Below, piece after piece: positions 11,058 to 18,199 of a DNA stretch of 32,000 bases. The DNA comes from an uncultured beta proteobacterium. GTDB lineage: Bacteria > Pseudomonadota > Gammaproteobacteria > Burkholderiales > Nitrosomonadaceae. The notes under the pieces were generated by a model. The model was not told the origin of the DNA. It searched no databases and saw only the letters and a program-made list of their open reading frames with translations. The stretch spans positions 2,169,302-2,201,301 of the forward strand of contig OW818677.1 in NCBI GenBank assembly GCA_942493155.1, in the 5' to 3' direction. How positions within the stretch are numbered: the stretch's first letter is position 1; every line of letters starts with the position of its first letter. The position numbers and the translations under genes were made by a program.

Positions 11058-11939
11058 TCAGATATGCGCTACCAAGTAAGAATTCCGGTTTGAGATGAAC
11101 TGGCAGGCGTGCGCAAACGGAATTTCTCTGGGGATGCACTTTTTTGTCACCCAAAATGCTATTTTGGCGGCAAGATTCCTCAGACAAATAAAAACCCGCA
11201 CCAAGATGAGCAGGTTCATAACCAGGAAGATACTATTAATCCATGCGGCAGACGTATCAGCGCGCTTGGCTCGAATATTGTTGAGCCGATAACCATACTT
11301 TCCTTGGCCAAACTTTCCTTCAATTGGAATGCGTTCGCGATATTCCTGCCGGCGTTGTGCTTTCAGGCGATTGATCTCATCTTTGTTTTCAGGTGTACTC
11401 TTTGGCGGACGTCCCAGTGGTTTTCCTGAGAAGCGGATGTGCTTGCGTTCCAGATAGCTGCGATTATCACGTGAACCATATAGCGTGTCGGCAATGACGA
11501 CTTCTGGATAATAGCCGTAACGCTTTTTGTAGGCTTCAACTTGCGCTTCAAGATCATGGCCTTCATGTTGCGCATCCCAGTGCAGCTTGTCGACATGCGC
11601 CAATCCTTTGTCTGTCAGACTCACGCTTATTTTGGCGCCAAATTCCACTGCCTTGCCTTGCTTTCCCCTGATAATGGGCCGAAGATACGGCTGACTGATA
11701 CTGACAATGCGATCATCACAGCGTCTGGTGTTGGTTTTGTACATTGCATAATGTTGTTGGTACAGATGGGGTAATACCCAGTAGCGGCGTAACAACCCAT
11801 TGGGTAACGGTATGGGTGTGCCAAGCGGATATTCCGTCAGCATCGCTTCAATATGATTTAAATTCCGCTGCAGGAATTGCAATTGCTGCCTGATACCGGC
11901 ACGGCGTTTTCTGTTGGATGGCCGTCTCAGCTTGACCAA
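11058..11939 (-). CDS. IS5-family transposase, DDE catalytic part (-1 frame relative to the upstream part)
   Basis: VVIADTLYGSRDN and RIPIEGKFGQGK resemble DDE_Tnp_1 motifs. It overlaps the upstream ORF by 13 nt in the -1 frame, with no obvious slippery heptamer. Confidence 0.7.
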   Translation of the reverse strand: MVKLRRPSNRKRRAGIRQQLQFLQRNLNHIEAMLTEYPLGTPIPLPNGLLRRYWVLPHLYQQHYAMYKTNTRRCDDRIVSISQPYLRPIIRGKQGKAVEFGAKISVSLTDKGLAHVDKLHWDAQHEGHDLEAQVEAYKKRYGYYPEVVIADTLYGSRDNRSYLERKHIRFSGKPLGRPPKSTPENKDEINRLKAQRRQEYRERIPIEGKFGQGKYGYRLNNIRAKRADTSAAWINSIFLVMNLLILVRVFICLRNLAAKIAFWVTKKCIPREIPFAHACQFISNRNSYLVAHI

Positions 11940-12670
11940 GCTGAGATAGCTTTTCTGGCAATCTCGCGATAAGTGCGCGGCTTCTTTCTCTGTGCCCGGT
12001 TACTTTTGGCATGCAGTTCATCAATGATACGCTCACTCAATTCACGCGCTTCGTTCAGCAGTCCAAGATCTGTCGGATAGCGTATGGCCTGTTCTGCAAC
12101 GGTGGCATCCAGTATTAATTTGCCGTGATTGCGCGGCTGCTCATCTGCCAAAGATTGCTCTGCTTCCATTGCGGTGGCCGCGCCGCTGCTACCTACCTCA
12201 CCGCTATTTGACACATCATCGTCGTTGTCATCATCACTTGCTTTGACTGACTTCTTTGTCCGCCTAGGTTCAACCGTTTCGATGATCGACTCATGAAATT
12301 CATCGAATACCGTCTGACCCATGCGCTTGCGTATCTCAACCAGTAATGATGACGCAAACGGCGCCTTCGCTTGAAAACCTTTCAGGCCAATAAAATATTG
12401 CAGGTACGGATTCTCTCGAATCTGTTCAACCGTCTCTTCATCTGAAATCGATAATTTATGTTTAATAATCACCGCTCCAATCACAATCCTGGCATCTTTG
12501 GCTGGGCGGCCCAGATTTGAACATAACGTCTTATAGTAGCTCTCGGACAACTCATCCCACGGTAGGCAATCCCTCAGTTTTACCCAGCGATTAGTGGGAT
12601 CTAGAATCATGCCGGGCGGTGTATCAAATCCTTCGAGGGGCAGTTGCTTTTGGCTGACGTAACGAATCAT
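11927..12670 (-). CDS. IS5-family transposase, N-terminal part (InsH/DUF772-like)
   Basis: NRWVKLRDCLPWDEL...GRPAKDARIVIGAVIIKHKLSISDEETVEQIRENPYLQYFIGL is an InsH-type N-terminal domain. Confidence 0.8.
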   Translation of the reverse strand: MIRYVSQKQLPLEGFDTPPGMILDPTNRWVKLRDCLPWDELSESYYKTLCSNLGRPAKDARIVIGAVIIKHKLSISDEETVEQIRENPYLQYFIGLKGFQAKAPFASSLLVEIRKRMGQTVFDEFHESIIETVEPRRTKKSVKASDDDNDDDVSNSGEVGSSGAATAMEAEQSLADEQPRNHGKLILDATVAEQAIRYPTDLGLLNEARELSERIIDELHAKSNRAQRKKPRTYREIARKAISAWSS

Positions 12671-13451
12671 AGTGCACGGTTTTTGGTGTTAATTCACATA
12701 TTTATGTGCACTATTCTACCAAAAAACAAAATATTAATAAATTCAATCAGCTAGTTATACTTTTTGAGTAAGCTCTAACTATGTATTCAATGGCACTCTA
12801 TGTGCTCTTCAAGGTAATGCTGAAAGTCGTGTTCCAACTGCCTCCGATTGGGATTCCAAGCAATCATTGCTGAATGATCAGCGCTTTGTACCTGAACTGA
12901 ATGAGAAGGGCGCGGATATTCCAACCGGCATACCCACCTTAACGCCCAACCAGAAAAAACAGCTCGGCCTTGATTCCGTACCTACCAAGGATTCAAGCGG
13001 CAATATCACAGGGCGCGAAGATACCACTACCGAAATTGAAGCCGTAGACGCTGGAACCTCTGATAATCCCGGCCGTGTCATCATCAAGGAAACTAAGACC
13101 ACGATTAAATATGACACCAACAACACGCAGATAAGCAGCACCACCAATACCAGCTACAGCTCTCAGCCACAAGAAAAAGAGCCGTCACAATTCACCATAT
13201 CATTCGACACCGTACCCGAAGCCACATTACCCAGTTACAGCGTCCCTAATACCTTCAACTCAGATAGTTGGGGTTCTGGCACTTGTCCGCCCAATATCGA
13301 CGTATCACTAACCAATCATTCTTTCACCATACCGACACAGCCAATCTGTGACACGGCGGAAATGATTAACCCATTTACGCTGTTACTGGCTTCAATCATC
13401 AGTGTCTACATTATCGCGGGGGTTCGTGGCGGCTCTGCCACGTAAAAAACT

Positions 13452-13742
13452 ATGTTCAATATCTTAATTCCTTTAGGTGCTTTTCTTTCGGCTGGTGTTG
13501 GTTTCCTTGCTGTACGTGCTTTGATGGGTGTAGGTGTCGGCTTAATCAGTTATGGCGCGGTCGGTGTTGTTCTGCAGCAGCTTCTAACCTTAGCGCAAGG
13601 CCATTACAACAACATTCCAGCATTCGCGCTGCAAATCGCCGGACTCTCAGGCATTGGCCAAGCGCTCGGCATGATCGCTGGTGCCATTACTTTCAGGGCT
13701 ACTTTTATGTTGATGTCTAAACTCGGAGTGATTCCAAAATGA
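13452..13742 (+). CDS. Inovirus g6p-like small membrane protein (DUF2523-like), unit A
   Basis: 96-aa hydrophobic protein directly upstream of zot, overlapping it by 4 nt. Differs from 22383-22673 at one residue. Confidence 0.7.
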   Translation: MFNILIPLGAFLSAGVGFLAVRALMGVGVGLISYGAVGVVLQQLLTLAQGHYNNIPAFALQIAGLSGIGQALGMIAGAITFRATFMLMSKLGVIPK

Positions 13743-14707
13743 CGATTATCGTTTTAACGGCTACGCCGGGCTGTGGCAAAACCAATCACGCGGTATGGAG
13801 CTATATTAAACCAGCGGTGGAAGCGGGGCGTGTTGTCTATGTTTGCGGTGTTCCGGATTTAAAGCTAATGCATATCAAGCTATCCATTGCCAAGCTCAAT
13901 ACCTGGGCAGAACGCACACCCCTAGACCCGGAAGAACCAGAAGGAAAGCAAAAACTAAACAACATCTTGGAAGGTAGTCTTATTGTAGTGGATGAAGCTG
14001 CTTATCCTTGGCCGGCGGTTGACCTGAAAGACCCTCCGGAATATATCAAATACTTAAGCCAGCATAGAAAGCACGGCTTAGACTTCCTTGTTATTACTCA
14101 ATCACCGAAGTTCGTGCATCCGTTTGTATTGGAAAATGCCGACCGGCATATCCATTTAAGCCAAGAGTGGTCAGGCTCAAAAAGCTACGAATGGCCGGAA
14201 TACTGCGCCAATCCAAAACTCAAGACCAACAAGCAGAATGCAGTCAAAAAGCCGTACCGGCTCGTTAAGGAAGCATTCCCGCTGTATTACTCAGCAAGTC
14301 TGCATGTGGAAAAACCGAAGCGGGCGATACCTAAAATGGTCTATGCGGCTATTTTTCTGCTCTTTGCAGTGCCAGCTATGGCCATGTTCACATATGGCCG
14401 TGTAACTGAACGCCTTGAGTCTCCAATGGCATCGACTGAAACTGAAAAAAACACAATAACGAAGCAGAGGGGTGATATACCGCCAGCAAGCTTAATACCG
14501 GTCTCTCAGCCTGTCGTAGCATTGCCGAGTACAAAAGAATCGCTCTCAATGTTATCAAATGCGGTTGACTGGTCACAAGTGGCCGCCTGTGTTGCAAATA
14601 AAACTAATTGCGTTTGTTATGGGCATCAGGCTCAACGTTTGAATATTGTTCCAGATACTTGCAATGCTGCAATAAGTTATGGGTGGATCGTTCCTAAAAA
14701 ACTTTAA
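13739..14707 (+). CDS. Zot/pI-like filamentous phage assembly ATPase, unit A
   Basis: Walker A ATPGCGKT, Walker B LIVVDEA and a central TM helix (VYAAIFLLFAVPAMAMFTY). About 26 differences in 322 aa from the unit B copy, counted by eye. Confidence 0.85.
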   Translation: MTIIVLTATPGCGKTNHAVWSYIKPAVEAGRVVYVCGVPDLKLMHIKLSIAKLNTWAERTPLDPEEPEGKQKLNNILEGSLIVVDEAAYPWPAVDLKDPPEYIKYLSQHRKHGLDFLVITQSPKFVHPFVLENADRHIHLSQEWSGSKSYEWPEYCANPKLKTNKQNAVKKPYRLVKEAFPLYYSASLHVEKPKRAIPKMVYAAIFLLFAVPAMAMFTYGRVTERLESPMASTETEKNTITKQRGDIPPASLIPVSQPVVALPSTKESLSMLSNAVDWSQVAACVANKTNCVCYGHQAQRLNIVPDTCNAAISYGWIVPKKL

Positions 14708-14790
14708 AGGAATAATAAAACATACGTGAAAATTATGCTTTATTGAAACATGTCTTCAATCATTCCATAGCCAGAAAAAATCGAAGACAT

Positions 14791-14839
14791 GCTTATAGCT
14801 TATAGCTTATAGCTTATAGCTTATAGCTTATAGCTTATA
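14791..14839. repeat. Perfect heptanucleotide tandem repeat (GCTTATA)x7
   Basis: Read directly. Seven uninterrupted copies, preceded by an imperfect hairpin (CATGTCTTC...GAAGACATG). Confidence 0.95.
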
Positions 14840-14990
14840 GTTAAATATTAAAATTTAATACGGAAAAGAATCTTATATTTTCTAAAAAACTTACTTTTTT
14901 GTATTACATATAACAAATATAGTGTAATAATAGCGGAGATCTCCTATAAATGAGTAGTGAGCTCTACTCGGTAAAAAGGTGATTGTCTTA

Positions 14991-15024
14991 AAAAGCCGTA
15001 TTGCGTAAGCATTTCGGCTTTTTT
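14991..15024 (+). terminator. Terminator-like hairpin with T-run in the unit A intergenic region
   Basis: AAAAGCCG...CGGCTTTTTT, with an inner TGC-GTAA-GCA stem. Confidence 0.5.
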
Positions 15025-15055
15025 CATTTATGATTCTTTAAGAATCCATGCAATA

Positions 15056-15089
15056 GTAGCAGCAAATATCAGGTAGCAGCAAATATCAG
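15056..15089. repeat. Perfect 17-bp tandem direct repeat (GTAGCAGCAAATATCAG x2)
   Basis: Read directly. Possibly an iteron or protein-binding site. Confidence 0.9.
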
Positions 15090-15257
15090 GAATGCGCACA
15101 CAGTTTTTTACAATAAACATAAAAATAAACTTCAGAAGATAATCTCGCCACAAATTGTTGTGAATTTCAATAAGTTTCTAGATCTTTTAAACCGTAAAAT
15201 TTTTTAGCCTGTAGCCCCAAGGGTCGCGCCGCCGACCGGCGCGAAGGGTATGCACCC

Positions 15258-15328
15258 AAAAGGGGGCATGCTGCCCGATCCCTAACGCAGTCTATCTTTA
15301 TTCTGATTTCCCCCTTATTGCTAAACAG
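15258..15328. repeat. Copy 1 of an approximately 70-bp element shared by the two cargo regions
   Basis: AAAGGGGGCATGCTGCCCGATCCCTAACGCAGTCTATCTTTATTCTGATTTCC... aligns with 25365-25432 at roughly 80 percent identity by eye. A GC-rich hairpin (TCGCGCCG-CCGAC-CGGCGCGA, 15224-15244) precedes it. Confidence 0.8.
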
Positions 15329-15386
15329 AATTTGATTTTGATTCTGTGAGGTATAATCCTGGAAACAATCTTAAGAGGATAAAATC

Positions 15387-15593
15387 ATGGAGCTTTCCGC
15401 CGTATTAACACCAGCGCCAGAAGGTGGTTATGTTGCCTTCAATCCTGAAACCGGAACGACCACGCAAGGCGACACAGTTGAAGAAGCTTTGGCTAATTTG
15501 GCTGAGGCAACAGAACTCTTCCTTGAAGAATTTCCGATGACCATATCTGCCCGCTCATTATTGACAACCTTTCAAGTTGCAGAGCATGCCTAA
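15387..15593 (+). CDS. hicB: HicB-family antitoxin (UPF0150-type, 68 aa)
   Basis: PEGGYVAFNPE..GTTTQGDTVEEALANLAEA is HicB/UPF0150-like. The adjacent hicA remnant supports the call. Confidence 0.75.
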   Translation: MELSAVLTPAPEGGYVAFNPETGTTTQGDTVEEALANLAEATELFLEEFPMTISARSLLTTFQVAEHA

Positions 15594-15808
15594 ATTGCCT
15601 GTCATCTCAGCGGCAGAAGTGATTAGGGCGTTTGAACGATTAGGTTTTACCACATAGTACGCCAGCGAGGCAGCCATATCGTTCTTCGTAGGGGTTCTTC
15701 TGGCTGTGTTGTACCCAACATCGCGAACTGAAAACGGGAACTTTGAGCGGCGTGCTTAAGCAAGCCGGGGTATCTCCAGATGAATTCGTTAAAGCATTGC
15801 GTGCTTAA
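15586..15808 (+). pseudogene. hicA: hicA mRNA-interferase toxin gene, disrupted (one in-frame stop and at least two frame changes)
   Basis: Three frames give MPKLPVISAAEVIRAFERLGFTT*, VRQRGSHIVLRRG and HRELKTGTLSGVLKQAGVSPDEFVKALRA. Joined, they make a complete HicA. Confidence 0.8.
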
Positions 15809-15953
15809 TTTTCCTGTATTGAAAAACGTATTTATATTTTTGTTGCTCGTCTTTAATTTTTTATTTTTAGGACTTGCACAAATCTAGAGAATGCACCGCC
15901 AACGACGGAAAGATAGAAGTTGTAAATTTATGAATTTTGATTTGGGAGTCTTG

Positions 15954-17063
15954 ATGTCAAAATATGTAGAAGAACTGGAAACAGAATTAAACGATGAGCG
16001 TAATGTTGAAGATGAGGCTGCTGAAGATGAAGCGGAAACTTTTGGTCGCTATGATATCACTTCCTATGGAATAGATTTTGATGTCGCAGGTTTAGTCAGG
16101 AGAATCGAAAAAGGTTTAATTTTTATTCCACCTTTTCAGAGAAATTTCGTCTGGAAACTTCCTGAATCTTCTCGTTTAATAGAATCATTATTGTTAGGTT
16201 TACCAGTCCCAGGAATATTTTTAGCTCAAGAGGCAGATACTGGAAGAATGTTAGTTATAGATGGCCAACAAAGACTTTTATCCTTAAAATTCTTTTTTGA
16301 CGGGGTATTTAATCCTATAGAAGGCGAGAAAAGACAAAGAGTTTTTAAGCTATCGAAAGTTCAACCACAGTATGAAGGAAAGTCATATAAAGACCTTGCC
16401 CCAAATATTCAAAACGATTTAGAGAATTGCGTTATTCATGCGACTGTTGTAAAACAGGACGCTCCTGAAGATGACGACACTAGTATTTACCATATTTTTG
16501 AGCGCTTGAATTCAGGTGGAAGAAAATTATCTCAGCAAGAAATTAGAACCGCAATTTATCATGGAAATTTTATCAATAAAATTCATGATCTTAATTCTCA
16601 TAAATCATGGCGCCTTATTTATGGCCGCATCAACGATAGGATGAAGGATCAGGAGTTAATTATTCGCTTTTTTGCAATGTTAAATAACTATTCTTCATAC
16701 GAAGCTCCAATGTACGACTTTTTGAATAAATTTGCTAAGAAACATCGTAACGATAAAAATCAAATTCTAAGTGAGTACTCGGAACACTTTAAAGTTTGTT
16801 GTGATATTTTTCTAAAAGCCATTGATGGAAGACCATTTCGTCGAACCGTTGCAATTAATGTCGCATTATTCGAAGCTGCTATGGTAGCTCTTACAGAAAA
16901 AATACGCCGTGATGGCATACCAACTTCAGAAGTTGTTAGGAATAAATACAATGCTTTATTAATGGATAATGAATTTATTTCAGCTATTTCACAATCTACA
17001 GGCAATAAATCTACTGTACTCACTCGAATTGATACAGCAAAAAAAATATTCCTGAATGATTGA
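15954..17063 (+). CDS. DUF262 (ParB-like NTPase/nuclease superfamily, GmrSD N-terminal type) protein without a DUF1524 nuclease domain
   Basis: IPPFQRNFVW, VIDGQQRL and FERLNSGGRKLSQQEI are DUF262 hallmarks. ATG 15954 is preceded by GGGAG, and an upstream in-frame start at 15891 is possible. No H-x-x-P/HNH-like C-terminal motif was seen. Confidence 0.8.
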   Translation: MSKYVEELETELNDERNVEDEAAEDEAETFGRYDITSYGIDFDVAGLVRRIEKGLIFIPPFQRNFVWKLPESSRLIESLLLGLPVPGIFLAQEADTGRMLVIDGQQRLLSLKFFFDGVFNPIEGEKRQRVFKLSKVQPQYEGKSYKDLAPNIQNDLENCVIHATVVKQDAPEDDDTSIYHIFERLNSGGRKLSQQEIRTAIYHGNFINKIHDLNSHKSWRLIYGRINDRMKDQELIIRFFAMLNNYSSYEAPMYDFLNKFAKKHRNDKNQILSEYSEHFKVCCDIFLKAIDGRPFRRTVAINVALFEAAMVALTEKIRRDGIPTSEVVRNKYNALLMDNEFISAISQSTGNKSTVLTRIDTAKKIFLND

Positions 17064-17554
17064 TGAAAAACGTAAATCTTAATCAACAATATCAAAAGAT
17101 ATTGCATTTAATAAATAATACGGATAAATCTACTCATGGAGATATAGAGTTACAGGGACATTGGGGAAAGTATTTGTGCGTTCTAGTAGCAGGTTTTCTG
17201 GAGAATGCTATTATCGCCGTTTACTCAGATTTTGTTTCTGGCGCAGCATCTCCTCATGTCTCACAATTCACATTAGTAAACTTAGAAAAGATTCAAAACC
17301 CAAAGACTGAAAAATTTATACAAGTTGCTATTCAATTTAAGAAAGACTGGGGCGAGGAATTAAAAAATTATTTCATTAGTCATCCGGACAAAAAAGCAGC
17401 CATCGATTCGATTATGACTAATAGACATTTAGTTGCACATGGTAAATCAACAAGTATATCTGTACACAGAGTGAGAGAATATTTAACTCTCAGTATAGAG
17501 GTAATAGAATTTATAGAGGATATGTGTGCAAATAAAAAAAGCAAATTAAGATGA
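17063..17554 (+). CDS. HEPN-domain protein (MAE_28990-like), putative RNase effector
   Basis: Rx4H motif in TNRHLVAHG near the C-terminus. HWGKYLCVLVAGFLEN resembles the AHWEGF helix of MAE_28990-type HEPN domains. The start ATG overlaps the DUF262 stop (TGATG). Confidence 0.7.
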   Translation: MKNVNLNQQYQKILHLINNTDKSTHGDIELQGHWGKYLCVLVAGFLENAIIAVYSDFVSGAASPHVSQFTLVNLEKIQNPKTEKFIQVAIQFKKDWGEELKNYFISHPDKKAAIDSIMTNRHLVAHGKSTSISVHRVREYLTLSIEVIEFIEDMCANKKSKLR

Positions 17555-17559
17555 TTTGA

Positions 17560-17988
17560 CTAAAGAAAGCTTCTTTGTAATATCATTCCAAATCGGCTTT
17601 CAAGTACCAGCTGACGCCTATAAAAATCAGCCTTAATTTCAAGTCTATTAATTGCCTCGCTATGCTTCTCATTATCTTTTTTTAAAATTTCGATTTCACG
17701 TTTTAAACTAGAAACCTGCTGAACTTGCCAGAATAATGCCCTAATTTCATGAGGAGTTAGACCGCGCCGCCATTCGGGTATATATAATAGATTATTTCTG
17801 AAGTAGTGCCCATTCCAATCTGTACCCAATAAAGCACTCGCTTCACCTAGAATATACAATCTCAAGAGACGGGTTGCTGATTCTGAGATCTTCTTAGTTC
17901 CTTTTTTCCATTGCTTAATTGTTTTTTGACTTTCTCCTGTAATTCTTTCTATTTCTTGGCAGTCGATGTTTTTTATTAAATCTTCCAT
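17560..17988 (-). CDS. 142-aa phage regulatory protein (HTH-like N-terminus, coiled-coil C-terminus), last gene of unit A
   Basis: Gap-free paralogue of 26658-27086, with 91 of 142 residues identical by hand alignment. Shared blocks are EIERITGE, WKKGTK, RLLRL, PEWR, PHEIRALFW and KADFYRRQLVLESRFG. Confidence 0.6.
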   Translation of the reverse strand: MEDLIKNIDCQEIERITGESQKTIKQWKKGTKKISESATRLLRLYILGEASALLGTDWNGHYFRNNLLYIPEWRRGLTPHEIRALFWQVQQVSSLKREIEILKKDNEKHSEAINRLEIKADFYRRQLVLESRFGMILQRSFL

Positions 17989-18199
17989 TTTTTCTGCCTA
18001 AAGGCAACATCATTACAAAATTTTGGAAACTAATTCTGTCGAATAACGTAATGTTTAATATTGATTTTAAAGGTTTATATCACTTAATGGGTTTGGGGAT
18101 ATTCATCAAGATGTGAATATACTGGAAGAGTTGTTGAAGGGAATTTGAATCTGGGTAAAAGTTTATAAAATTTTCTGCTTTCAAAGCTGAGAATATATC

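Larger units (their letters stand above)
11035..12775 (-). mobile_element. IS5-family insertion sequence (about 1.74 kb)
   Basis: Terminal inverted repeats GAGCTTACTCAGAAA (11035) and TTTTTGAGTAAGCTC (12775). Flanked by direct TAACTA (11029-11034 and 12776-12781). The uninterrupted site exists at 21707-21712 in unit B. Confidence 0.9.
10844..13445 (+). pseudogene. g3p-like minor coat/adsorption protein gene, 5'-truncated and split by an IS
   Basis: 10844-11034 aligns base for base with 21522-21712. 12776-13445 aligns with 21707-22376, and its product matches the intact g3p C-terminus (LLNDQRFVPELNEKGADIP...GVRGGSAT). Confidence 0.9.

Noticed and set aside
14900-14927. dif-like looking TATTACATATAACAAATATAG in the unit A intergenic region
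   Set aside because: The match to ATTTTACATAATACAAATTGAT is only partial. There is no homology breakpoint here, so I cannot support it as a recombination site.
14791-15089. Checked whether the tandem repeats could be a CRISPR array
   Set aside because: The units are 7 bp and 17 bp and directly abutting, with no spacers. No cas genes are in the window.
15112-15139. AATAAACATAA-AAATAA-ACTTCAGAAGA, another XerD-arm-like 11-mer
   Set aside because: It has 9 of 11 matches in the arm only. The rest does not match. The AT-rich context makes chance likely.
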